Both the position numbers and the translations under genes were made by a program. Positions 9,749 to 20,050 of a stretch of 64,000 nt of DNA are shown here, one piece after another. Each line of letters starts with the position of its first letter. Position 1 is the first letter of the stretch. The notes under the pieces were generated by a model. The model saw nothing but the letters and a program-made list of their open reading frames with translations, did no database searches and was not told where the DNA came from. This stretch comes from Nematocida ausubeli (taxonomy: Eukaryota): assembly GCF_000738915.1 (NCBI RefSeq), contig NW_026515638.1, positions 580,882-644,881 of the forward strand. The letters run 5' to 3'.

Positions 9749-10204
9749 ATTCTTAGAAGAAACTAGTTTATTTTAGACTATTATCGTGTTAGCTGGATGC
9801 TAATGGACAAATAAAGTTTTGTTCTTATTTGTTTTTACTTGGTCTGACCATGCACATTTTACTGCCTTAACTTTTTCTATACAGCTAGACTGCAATATCT
9901 GTTAGGACTAATTTCAGATCATGTACATTTTTGGTTGCATATTTGCTTGATGCATCACAAATATTAAATGTACGCGCCTGTTTCAAAAACTGATCTAGCC
10001 AGGTGAGGCTTCTGGAAATTCAAGCTATACCAAATTGTATGCCTGTTTGATTTGTGTTAGAGTTGCAGAGTAATGGGGTATATGCTTTTAACTAGGCACA
10101 TACTATTACGCTGACAGGTGTCTCTGTGTATTCTAGCACACATCTTGAAACTCTGTTTTAAAGTTGTAAAACACCTCTTAAATGAAGACCTCTTTGTGTT
10201 TTTA

Positions 10205-11590
10205 ATGCGCACACTGAAAGAGAAGCTAACTCAGTCCTTTCTTCTTCTGAAAAGAACGTTAGAGACTAAAGTAGAGCCAGCAAAGCCTGATAATGCGCCA
10301 TTTGTTCAAGACGTGCTTAAAAGGCTTAATGAAATAGCAAAAAGCAAAGAAGATCAGTCTATGGCAGTACGGAATAAAGAAAAGGACACAAGGGAAATTC
10401 AAAGTATAAAAGAAGGAATTGAGTCTCTTTTGAAAATTGCAGGAAGGCAGGAGCAGGTGCAAAAGCAGCTGGAGACACAAAGACAGCAGGAAGTGAAAAA
10501 ACAAGAGGAAATCAAAAGACAGCAGGAACTGCAGAAAAAGCAGGAGGAAACAAGGCAGCAGAAAATACAGTATGCTCGGGAGAATAAAGAGTATCTGGAG
10601 CAACTAGAAAGAATGACATCATCCAGTTCGTCCTCAGGTTCATCATCCAGCTCATCGTCCAGTTCCTCAAGCTCATCATCAAGCACAGACAAGGAAAGTG
10701 ACAAAGAACATCAGGATAATGAATCTGAATGCTCAATTTCCAGCTATATTAATTCCTTCTTCACGCAAAAGCCACAGGCTGAGGCCAAATATATTCCATT
10801 AGGGCAGAAACCGTCAAAGATATCAAAGATGCCAAAGGAACAGAAAAGCCAGGACACACATAAAAAGGAGAAGTCTACAAGTAGAGTGTGTGGAGTACCT
10901 GCTGCATCTTCCAAAGAGTCTTCCAATGCAAAGGAAATGATGCAAATAAAGAATACTAATGAACTGCCCAGTAAGCGAGAAAAACAAAAAAATATCCAGA
11001 CGGCCAAAACAATTCCCTTGGAAACAAAAAAGCCTATGCTTTCTTCGCTAGTGCCAAAAAAAGAGAGCACTTCCGAAAAAGACATAAAAAAGACAAGAAG
11101 CACAGCAGCACAAAGCACACAGATACCGGTTGCCAAAAAGATAGTGCCAATTGTGATTGGAGGAAGGATTCGGGCGGATGTCTTATCTGAGGAGTCTGGG
11201 GATACACCAAACCCATCTGCATCCTCTGACAACTCCATATCTGAGTCTGTATCAACTGCAGACATTTCCACAAGCAGTCCCGTATTTAGTAACCCTGAGA
11301 TGGTGCGTGTTGAGGACAAGCTGAAGTTTATTAGCAAACAGGGAACAGTAGAGGACGATGCCAGGCTCTATGGAATGATCACCAAGACAATTGAAAAAAT
11401 GAAAGAGCGAAAGGACTTTGAGGCAATAAAAATGTCAATGCAGATGGACATTGCAAGAAAGTATATAAAGGACTTTATCGATCTTCGAATGGCCATGCAG
11501 AAGAGCCAGCCTGATGCAACAAAGCAGGATAAAATAAACAAAAGAAAAAGACTGCAAAGAAGACTTGACTCAACAGCACCCTATAATTAG
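10205..11590 (+). CDS. Hypothetical low-complexity coiled-coil protein (Q/K/E-rich, poly-Ser tract)
   Basis: Long ORF with purine-rich coding bias; first ATG 10205; no recognisable domain. Confidence 0.7.
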   Translation: MRTLKEKLTQSFLLLKRTLETKVEPAKPDNAPFVQDVLKRLNEIAKSKEDQSMAVRNKEKDTREIQSIKEGIESLLKIAGRQEQVQKQLETQRQQEVKKQEEIKRQQELQKKQEETRQQKIQYARENKEYLEQLERMTSSSSSSGSSSSSSSSSSSSSSSTDKESDKEHQDNESECSISSYINSFFTQKPQAEAKYIPLGQKPSKISKMPKEQKSQDTHKKEKSTSRVCGVPAASSKESSNAKEMMQIKNTNELPSKREKQKNIQTAKTIPLETKKPMLSSLVPKKESTSEKDIKKTRSTAAQSTQIPVAKKIVPIVIGGRIRADVLSEESGDTPNPSASSDNSISESVSTADISTSSPVFSNPEMVRVEDKLKFISKQGTVEDDARLYGMITKTIEKMKERKDFEAIKMSMQMDIARKYIKDFIDLRMAMQKSQPDATKQDKINKRKRLQRRLDSTAPYN

Positions 11591-12262
11591 TTCGTACTGT
11601 TTTACAATAAATGCCATGTTTTATTTTTCTTTTTTTATAAATTTGTGCTAGTCTTCCTAAAAAATTAAACTTGTCCACACTAAACTTACTCATTTATTTT
11701 AATGCCTTGCCTATTTACATGCAAAATATTCATTAACTAAAAGTATAAGTATTTTGGAATAGATTCGTATATATTAGAAACACCAGGGCAGCTACACTCA
11801 GTATATACAGTGATTGCGTATATAGTGATAAGTAAGTTCTTTTATAGAGTATTGCAGTTCTAGTTATGGCAATACACAGACAACCATAAAAATTCAGTGC
11901 ACTAATCGATCTAAATTAGATGATGAACACATAAAGAATAGATTAAATAAGGCTTGTTCTGCATAGATAAGTATGTTTTTATAAAATTGCTTACAAGTGT
12001 ATTTTCTATCTTTTAGTTTTTTATACAAGAGAATAGTGTCAAAATGATCACCGGTGTATTTATGTATGCAGATTGGATAAATAAATTAGGCCACTTAAAG
12101 CACAGAACTGCTTCTGCACATTGGTTAAATATAAATATAAGTGAAATATAGAAAAACAGCCAAAATGATACATTTCTAGAAATAGAAATAACGGATTCTG
12201 AGGGGGATGAAAGGCGAGAAATTACAACAGTTAAGAAAAAATCTTTTTTCGATTTGCAAGAA

Positions 12263-14968
12263 ATGATCATTAGGCTAATACTAAATCTAGTGATGTTGCA
12301 GAGCATTCTTACAAGAGTTAATATGGCAGACATAAAGACAGTTAGCGAGACTTTAGTTGGCGAGAAGCAGGACGTGTTTATTAACACAAAAGGTCCATTA
12401 AATTTACTCCGTGGATATATTGAACACCAAAGCGGATATATGTACAACAAGCGATTTTATTCATCTGAAATAGACACAGACTATGCATTGACCAAGAGAG
12501 AAAAACCTAGCCCAGACTCTATTCAGCGCTATACATTTACAAGGACACCTGTCAATGATAGGGTATATAAAGACTTTAATACAAAAACACCAGAAGGCAA
12601 GTATCTTAGTACCTATCACATGCAGTTAATAAAGATGTTTCCGTCAGCAGATGGAAGTCTTTCCATTGAGGCAGGCAGGTCAAATGCACTTACAAACTTT
12701 CTAAGAGCAGAACATGTTAAGAAAGACACAAAGTATATTCTTGCAGCACTTCTTCTTCTCTCAGAAGGCGTTGAAATTAAAATAGATGTAGACCATACGG
12801 GAGAAAAAAAGAAGCTTGTCATAAAAAGTAAGACAAACAAGGAGAAAGTGTTTGTGAATGTGGACATGTATATAGCAGGTACAGACCCAGTCACTAAGGA
12901 GCATAAAGAGAATATCTATCAAAGCGAAGCAGCAGAAATTGTCAAATTCTATATACGGTGCAGAGACAATCCACTTCTAAAGAAAGATGGCGAGTTTGCA
13001 ATACCTTCCACTAGAGAAGAGTTTGAAAGTGGCTTATTTCTGAACAGCGCAGCTTTCCTCATACAAACGTATATATATGAGTTCATTGACACAGTAGAAA
13101 GCTACAAGGACCTTGTGAATGCAGTGCATGAACTACTGGTTGATCAAGTAGTTAAAAAGGAGAATCCCGAACAGACGAAGAAGAAGAGCAAGAGCAGCAA
13201 AATATTTGATGAGCTCTTCCTGGCAAAAGAAGCATTTGATGAAAATATAAAGTACATTGCATCTTTCACGGACCTTATAAAAACCACAAATGAAGAAGCT
13301 AAATTTCCCTTCTGCAATGATAGTCAGCTGCCGCAGTACACTAAAGTGCCGCTTTGTAAATTAGACAAGTCTGGCTTTGAGTTAGACGAATCCTTAAAAT
13401 ACAGTAACTGTGTAGAGTCAGCCCTTCTTGGACTGTTCTGCTGTCTGGCATACAATCCAGAGACAAAAGAGTATGAAACCGATCACATGGGAGAAAAAAT
13501 AAGTGATGAGTTGAGAGACTTCTTTAAAAAGTATCCTAAGCCAACTGACATTATTAACATTGAAATGCACAAGGATTGGTGTATGGTTGTTGCCTGTTTG
13601 GATAGTGATGATATTGACTATAAAAGCAATAAAAACGAGATTCTATCTGGGCTTGAAAATGTATTTCTGGTAATTGCAGAAATAACAGGCCAGAAGGAAG
13701 AAGCAATGGAGCTAGTTGAGCATATAAAAGCTGCATGCGAAAATTCAGAATTAGATGAAAAAACAACAGAATGTATTGCAAATAAGATAGAATCTATCAT
13801 TACATCACTATCTAAGAATAAGAATGTAAAAGTAAACTGCGAAAAAATGGAACTTACCACAAGATCAAGTAATAAGCCAGATGTTTCTCTTAAAATTGAA
13901 ATTTCTTATGTATTTGATGGAGCAGAGAATGGAATTGCTTTGTCTGTAGAAGCTGGGCATAGCAAGGTTCAGGTTCTTTCACTTCCAATAGCTAATTCTG
14001 AACAAATTAAAGAAAAGTATAAAGAAGTAAAAAACATTTATAACAAAGTAGACAACTATACAGGATACATTGTTACTAAGTATGTTGAAGCAAGATTGAA
14101 AGTTTTGGGAAATACAGACTATAGTATCTTAGATAACTGCAAGAATAGCATAAAAGAAATCTTACAAGGTGATTCTGAGAGCTTATCTAAAATATTCTTA
14201 TTAGATAAGATTATTGACAGTGACATTAAGGCTTATATTATGGAGCAGTTTATAGCCTGTACTATAGATAAAGAGATAGCCACAACCAATGCTGTAGCAT
14301 GCTTTACAGCAAATATTCTAGGAAGTTCTTCGCTTGGTAATACTCTAGCTAGGCGTAAAATGGTACAATTCTTCCCAATGCATACAAGATGGCAGGAATA
14401 CTATCCAAAGCTTGGGTTTAAGCTAGGTGAAAATCTGCCAAATTTAGACATTACAAACCGCCATTCTAGAATACAGGATTTTTTAGATGCAATAGTAGCA
14501 TGGCCAGCACCTATCACAGTCAAGGCCTTATGCAACTACCTTAAAGTAAGTATTAAAAATGCAGAAATGATGGGATATTTACTAAAAAACTTCATATCTG
14601 CCAAAAGCCTATTTAATCATATTGTGGGTGAGGGGGCAGTAGACAACTTAGTGAAATTTCACTCCCTTATTAAAGATTCAGAAAAGCTCACTTATTTAAA
14701 CTCTACGTATGTTTCTTGGTTTATCTATACATGTGTGGGCGAACAGGTGTTTTCACCAGAGTTTATTAAGACAGTCTACAGCTATATACTCCTTGATGAT
14801 TTGCCGAGTACGAATGAACTTAAAAGATTAGGGTTTTCTACTAATGATTTTGAAAAATGCTTAAATGTTTTAGAAGAAAAGAAAACTCTTCTATGCTCAG
14901 AAGATGACGCACAAAGCGAAGAAAACCATGATAAACTAGTATTATACTTTGAAATAGCTATGTACTAG
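12263..14968 (+). CDS. Nematocida large gene family (NemLGF1-like) secreted protein
   Basis: Signal peptide MIIRLILNLVMLQSILT; blocks GPLNLLRGYI, GYMYNKRFY, ILAALLLLSEGV, FLIQTYIYEFI and NCVESALLGLFCCLAYNP recalled from the expanded Nematocida family (from memory, not searched). Confidence 0.8.
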   Translation: MIIRLILNLVMLQSILTRVNMADIKTVSETLVGEKQDVFINTKGPLNLLRGYIEHQSGYMYNKRFYSSEIDTDYALTKREKPSPDSIQRYTFTRTPVNDRVYKDFNTKTPEGKYLSTYHMQLIKMFPSADGSLSIEAGRSNALTNFLRAEHVKKDTKYILAALLLLSEGVEIKIDVDHTGEKKKLVIKSKTNKEKVFVNVDMYIAGTDPVTKEHKENIYQSEAAEIVKFYIRCRDNPLLKKDGEFAIPSTREEFESGLFLNSAAFLIQTYIYEFIDTVESYKDLVNAVHELLVDQVVKKENPEQTKKKSKSSKIFDELFLAKEAFDENIKYIASFTDLIKTTNEEAKFPFCNDSQLPQYTKVPLCKLDKSGFELDESLKYSNCVESALLGLFCCLAYNPETKEYETDHMGEKISDELRDFFKKYPKPTDIINIEMHKDWCMVVACLDSDDIDYKSNKNEILSGLENVFLVIAEITGQKEEAMELVEHIKAACENSELDEKTTECIANKIESIITSLSKNKNVKVNCEKMELTTRSSNKPDVSLKIEISYVFDGAENGIALSVEAGHSKVQVLSLPIANSEQIKEKYKEVKNIYNKVDNYTGYIVTKYVEARLKVLGNTDYSILDNCKNSIKEILQGDSESLSKIFLLDKIIDSDIKAYIMEQFIACTIDKEIATTNAVACFTANILGSSSLGNTLARRKMVQFFPMHTRWQEYYPKLGFKLGENLPNLDITNRHSRIQDFLDAIVAWPAPITVKALCNYLKVSIKNAEMMGYLLKNFISAKSLFNHIVGEGAVDNLVKFHSLIKDSEKLTYLNSTYVSWFIYTCVGEQVFSPEFIKTVYSYILLDDLPSTNELKRLGFSTNDFEKCLNVLEEKKTLLCSEDDAQSEENHDKLVLYFEIAMY

Positions 14969-15484
14969 ATGATCTAGATTAGAATATAACACCAATCGCA
15001 TATGGATGAAATATAACCTAAATATTCTCTAGTGGTGGAAGTGTTTTGGCATGAATGCAATAATCTAGAATACCTAGTGCAGAGATTAGAATCATACTGA
15101 ATCTGTTCTGCTGCAGTCTAATAATGACAATTCTGATCTTTAGTTTGTTTTAGTGTGACACATATTGCTTTGAAAATAAAAATTAGCTATTTACACTTTT
15201 ATGCTTCCATAGCTTTCCATTTTATTATAGACCTTTGGGCAATTTCTCAAATATATGCGAGGACATCACTACATAAGAAATCTGTAGAATAAGCGTGCAC
15301 AGGCACTCCACCGAACAAATAAAGAGTATGCAAAATAAAAATGCATAGATTGAATTTGACACAAGTGAATGCCTCAGCCATGTAGCTGGTTTTAATATTT
15401 AAAACAATGAAGATAGTAAGTTGTTATAGCCACAAAACATTACATTATATTCTGTTTATATATCCGCATGCAGGCTGTTAATCG

Positions 15485-16207
15485 ATGAAAAGCCGTTTGC
15501 AAATATTTATCTATCTGCTGCTAATTCAATGCGCGCATATACTTGCCTTTGAGAACCCTACAAGTACCTATGTTCCAACGAACGTTGACTTTGGTTTAAT
15601 TGTTCTCAGAAAGACTATAATTTCAATAAGAGTGTATATACCTAGTAGCGTTGCGGAAATGTATAGAGACCACGAAATAGAAATTGCCCCCAAGGTAATT
15701 GCTATCTTCAAAATAGTTGAGAATGGTATAAATAGAACTCTCAAAAATCTAAGGAGCGAAAAATACTACAGTCTTCATCCAATTATTACAATAGTTGACT
15801 CTAATGACCCAAGAATAAGAACATGCCCCAACTCGATTGCGGAGCTGTCTCTTTTCCTATCAAACATATACAATCTTGATCTTGGCGCAACTTCTTTTAT
15901 TTTTATTACTCTATGTCCCCTTGCTGCTATTAGGGCGCATCCTATATATCTTCCGCAAAAGCACTTTTATATCAGCCAGGGCATTACTGGCACACATAAT
16001 ACAATGAACATTATTTTATCTGAAGTAGACCACTATTTGCTTGTAAACGCTCTTGCAAGAGCTATTCTTAAAGCCTGTGATTTGTATACAATAGAGCCAC
16101 TGGCAGTGCATTCCCTTCATGGCGACGGAGATGTGGCTTTAATAAATATAAGAGTTTTAAAAGAGACTGCACATGAAATGCTTCTTAAGGAATATCTGGG
16201 TGAATGA
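15485..16207 (+). CDS. Secreted hypothetical protein (240 aa)
   Basis: Signal-peptide-like N-terminus MKSRLQIFIYLLLIQCAHILA; globular alpha/beta-like composition. Confidence 0.75.
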   Translation: MKSRLQIFIYLLLIQCAHILAFENPTSTYVPTNVDFGLIVLRKTIISIRVYIPSSVAEMYRDHEIEIAPKVIAIFKIVENGINRTLKNLRSEKYYSLHPIITIVDSNDPRIRTCPNSIAELSLFLSNIYNLDLGATSFIFITLCPLAAIRAHPIYLPQKHFYISQGITGTHNTMNIILSEVDHYLLVNALARAILKACDLYTIEPLAVHSLHGDGDVALINIRVLKETAHEMLLKEYLGE

Positions 16208-16773
16208 GCTTTACAATACCTGTGACTTGATCTAGAGCAGCCAGATTTACACGCATTCTAATGAGTGCCATGAAAATACCATTTTAAATAAAAATCTAAA
16301 GGTTTGTAAGTCTAGCATATTTAGAGTAAATAGAACTGCTGCCAGGAACGGCTTTTGCAGGTTTTTTGAAGAAAATGCATATGTGTGAAGCAGCTCTTAT
16401 AGACATTAAGTCAGCAAACAAATGACCAGTAGTGCTTTCTGGTGCATCTCACTCTATAAACTTGCATTAATCAAAATAGTAAAGAGATAATTTGAAAAAA
16501 ACTGACAAGTTGTCAAATCAGTCTTTATTATTTATGTGCAGTTTCTTCTTGCAGTGAGAAGGAACCTAGCATTGTCACACCTACGCACTGGCATCTGTGA
16601 CGGGCCTTTTAGATGCTGCATAGGCTGTTAATTACGCCTGCATTGCATTTAGTCTCTATGTAGCACCCTTTAATAGGAGTGCTTTTTGCATGCATTGGCA
16701 GAAATAGAAATTGAGTGCCTGCCCCTTCCAAGCACGTCATTCCTGTTGTGCAGATTTTTAGGCCTATCATCTT

Positions 16774-17031
16774 TCATTTCTTATTTATGTCTTTTACACA
16801 TCTGCTGCTCACTCTAGGATCTTCCTTCTGCAATTGCGGATCATTCTTCTTTTTCATAAGCTGCTCGCACAGCCCAATGTTTTGGCTATTAACCCGGGTG
16901 TTTAAAAAATGGTGAGGATTCAAAGACTTCTCTAGGGTTTTGACAAGATCGCTCACTTTTGGCGCATATACAGACTGCTCGTCGCTTTCAAATGCCTGTA
17001 TGTGCTTTTCCTTTTTCTTCTGCTCTTTCAT
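16774..17031 (-). CDS. Small hypothetical charged protein
   Basis: 85-codon K/E-rich ORF from ATG 17031, tandem with and just downstream of lipin. Confidence 0.4.
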   Translation of the reverse strand: MKEQKKKEKHIQAFESDEQSVYAPKVSDLVKTLEKSLNPHHFLNTRVNSQNIGLCEQLMKKKNDPQLQKEDPRVSSRCVKDINKK

Positions 17032-17067
17032 TTCAAAAAACAAACCCAGAAATTATCTTTCAATGTT

Positions 17068-18528
17068 TCACTCCTCAGGCGAACGAACAGACCACCAGCT
17101 TTCACCGATGTACTTTTGCGCAACATCTGGCATCAGCTGCCCCACAGGAGGGAACACGCCCTCAACTATCTCATACAGACTGCAGTGCGTTAGCTTCACA
17201 ATTCCCTTTCTTCCTGTAGATATCTCGCTTAGTGTGTTCACAATGAAGATCCGCCCTGGATCTATCTCGCACACCTCGTATGCAATGCGGTCACTTTCCT
17301 TGTTCCCAAATCCTGCATATATGCGGCCCCTCCGCAGAAGTCCCTTTATCTCAGAAATCACAGATATTTTGAACTCCTCTGGGCCCTGCACCATCTCCTT
17401 ATAAATAGCAGATAAAAGGCGCCCTGGAAATAGGATCACTGGGCCAAGCGGCAGGCTCTGCTCCTCCTGCTCAACTCTTTCAAGATATGCCTTTGTGAAG
17501 CCAATGTGCCCTATTGGCCGGGAGGACAGATAAATGATCTTGTAGCCATTCTCAACAATTTTGTTGTACAGAGCAGCAATCCCAGAGTGTGTCCAGTCCT
17601 TCCCCATGGCACCGTATATATACCCAACAATATCGCTTTTTGTGATGGTTCCGTCAATGTCAGAGACAACAACTTTATCTGTCTCGCTCCACAGATAGAT
17701 ATTGCATGTGAGAAAGATTGGGGTTCCGGATAGGCGATATACGGTCTTATTCGGGCCGGGCAGCAAATGCATTTTTTCTATGTAGTGGTCAGGCAGATAA
17801 ACCTCGCGCTGTCTTCTGTCCGGAGACTGCTCTGGCCGCACTCTCTTTCGCAGCAGCTGCTTGACCAAAAACTTTTCTGTGTACTTTTCATTCACCTGGT
17901 CTGCTCCATCGCCCTCCGTCTCTTCATCGCATGCATGCCCTCTGCGCCTTTCCACGCAAAAGTAAAGCTCGCTAAACAGGCAGAACGCCATATAGAAGAC
18001 AATCTTTGGGCTTGTCTCCTCGTAAAGCCCGATAACAACCATGTCATTGCCCAAAAACGTTTTTATCTTATGCTCATTAAAGACCTCCTCTATCTTATTC
18101 GGAATAACTTGTTTGAAAATGCACTCGCTAAATACATACTGTCTGTGCAGAATGCACTCATAGACCCGCTCGTAGTTTGCAAGAAGAAAGGCATAGTTGT
18201 CGTCAGACTCCACAAACATCTTGAAAGACTTGAATGGAACATTCACCAAGGGATGCCCTGGGTGGCTTTGGTTATGGAGGGAGAAAAACACATTCCCCTC
18301 TCGGTCTAGGCGCGCTTCAACATTGACTACCCTGTCGTTTACTATTAAAATAACCTCCCGTGAGGTTTTAAACGACTGCACGTTTCCAAAGCGAGCATGA
18401 AACCCAGTGGAGTGGAACCCCTTGGCTGTTTTGCAGACTATTACATCATTTGCCCCGCTCATTTGCCCTGGATGCATATCCTTATACAAGTCTGACACCG
18501 AGTTAAGCACTCTCCCCATAAAGTTCAT
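17068..18528 (-). CDS. PAH1: Lipin / phosphatidate phosphatase
   Basis: N-LIP (MNFMGRV...SGANDVIV...FHARFG) and C-LIP HAD motif SDIDGTITKSD; GKDWTHSG, YAGFGNKESD. Confidence 0.95.
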   Translation of the reverse strand: MNFMGRVLNSVSDLYKDMHPGQMSGANDVIVCKTAKGFHSTGFHARFGNVQSFKTSREVILIVNDRVVNVEARLDREGNVFFSLHNQSHPGHPLVNVPFKSFKMFVESDDNYAFLLANYERVYECILHRQYVFSECIFKQVIPNKIEEVFNEHKIKTFLGNDMVVIGLYEETSPKIVFYMAFCLFSELYFCVERRRGHACDEETEGDGADQVNEKYTEKFLVKQLLRKRVRPEQSPDRRQREVYLPDHYIEKMHLLPGPNKTVYRLSGTPIFLTCNIYLWSETDKVVVSDIDGTITKSDIVGYIYGAMGKDWTHSGIAALYNKIVENGYKIIYLSSRPIGHIGFTKAYLERVEQEEQSLPLGPVILFPGRLLSAIYKEMVQGPEEFKISVISEIKGLLRRGRIYAGFGNKESDRIAYEVCEIDPGRIFIVNTLSEISTGRKGIVKLTHCSLYEIVEGVFPPVGQLMPDVAQKYIGESWWSVRSPEE

Positions 18529-18550
18529 AGAATGTAAAAAACATCTTCAT

Positions 18551-18985
18551 TTATTGTGTTTGTTTCTTAATTTGGGCCAGAGTGCTCTCGCTTACTTCTA
18601 GCCACCTATTCATCTCCATTGTAGATTTTCTTAAAGACTCATCGACTTTCTCCTCAGCTGCCTTGAGAGCCTTTAGCTCACTATCCACGCCTGCTGTCTC
18701 TTGCTTAAGAAAATCAGAAAGAGCTGCAGAGGGAGCAGCAATATGCGAGGCCAAAATGCTGGAAATTGTCTGTGGGCATGTGATATCGTACAGTGGGGTG
18801 GGGGGCTTCATCAGCAGAACATCAAGTTCGTTGAGCTTTGAGGGTATGGAGTACTTCAGAAGGAGCTGTGTGAAAAGTGCATTGATGTCATCTTTGACGC
18901 CTTCCTGGATCTGTGCTTCTGCAAACAGCTGTGTAAGCATCTTTTCAAAGGAGGACTTTAGCTTTACAAGGCGAGGCCCATCCAT
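18551..18985 (-). CDS. NNF1: Nnf1/PMF1-like kinetochore (Mis12/MIND complex) subunit
   Basis: GPRLVKLKSSFEKML resembles the Nnf1 N-terminal helix; signature KLNELD; C-terminal coiled coil. Confidence 0.6.
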   Translation of the reverse strand: MDGPRLVKLKSSFEKMLTQLFAEAQIQEGVKDDINALFTQLLLKYSIPSKLNELDVLLMKPPTPLYDITCPQTISSILASHIAAPSAALSDFLKQETAGVDSELKALKAAEEKVDESLRKSTMEMNRWLEVSESTLAQIKKQTQ

Positions 18986-19551
18986 TTATAAAAATAATTT
19001 GCGCCCAGGATATATTCTGCCTATTCAATATCCAGTGGGCAGCAGGCCCCAGGCAAGATATACAAAAAGTGGTACAGCCTGTACAGTGCGAATATCTGCA
19101 CATATACCAAGCATTTATGCCTCTATTAAAATCCATTGTATTTTAGCTTTGCAAAGCATAGTGGCTCAGTCTCCTATCCAAACCATTAATGCGCAGTCAA
19201 TATGAATAAAGACAGAAGTATATAAATGACTATTTATTAGTGTCTATCAAGTATATAGTGCACTTGCACATACAGCTAGGCGGCAGTGTATGCAGTGTGG
19301 CTAGAGTACCAGAGCACTCTATACCCACAAAGCACATGCTCTTTAAGACTTCTGCACTTCTTTCAGAAGACGACTTCCTTCAAGAAGAGCTAAATAAAGA
19401 CAATACCGAGTGAGTTATTTATTGAAAATAGACCTTTGTCTTTGCACAGCACAAAGCATGCCTGCTTCTTATTAAAGCTGCAGTTCAAGCCATTACGAGG
19501 CGTGCATGCCCTCTGCATGTAAATATAGACACCTAGAGAGGCGTTTTTGCG

Positions 19552-19827
19552 TTACTGGCCTAGATTTGCAGTATACTTTTGGAGAGCAAGCTTAATTGGA
19601 AGCATGTCTTCCCCAGAGGCTAGTTGGCAAGTGATGTATGCCTTCTTATATGGAAGAATCTCCTTTATTTTTGAGCTAAGCTTTTCAGAGTAATCCTTAG
19701 TGTCGCCGCTCTGCACGGCGTATATATGTATTTTGGACTTTTCTCGGTCCATGAAAACTTTGAAGAAAATTTCGCCAGTCGCTCCAGGGACAACTTCTTC
19801 GTAGAATAGAGGAGGCGCGTTGTTCAT
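19552..19827 (-). CDS. Small protein, possibly proteasome assembly chaperone PAC4-like
   Basis: 91 aa from ATG 19827; beta-rich N-half, then DYSEKLSSKIK...AYITCQL, similar in pattern to the PAC4 C-terminal helix-strand. Confidence 0.4.
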   Translation of the reverse strand: MNNAPPLFYEEVVPGATGEIFFKVFMDREKSKIHIYAVQSGDTKDYSEKLSSKIKEILPYKKAYITCQLASGEDMLPIKLALQKYTANLGQ

Positions 19828-19901
19828 GCAGAAGGAGGCCAGTTTGGATATATATGAAAACACGGGGTAACACGGGGCAAACTCAGAGTAAAAATGGAAA
19901 A

Positions 19902-19973
19902 TGCTCCCTCCGAGAATCGAACTCAGGTCTGCACGGCCACAACGTGCCATAATAACCACTATACTAAAGGAGC
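19902..19973 (-). tRNA. tRNA-His(GTG)
   Basis: Reverse complement GCTCCTTTAGTATAGTGGTTATTATGGCACGTT-GTG-GCCGTGCAGACCTGAGTTCGATTCTCGGAGGGAGCA; cloverleaf; T-run follows. Confidence 0.96.
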
Positions 19974-20050
19974 CACTAAAAAATGAAATTCCAAGTACCA
20001 GAGGATTCAGCGGGCAGTTGCGTGATAAAGTATTTTTTTATTCTAGGCAG

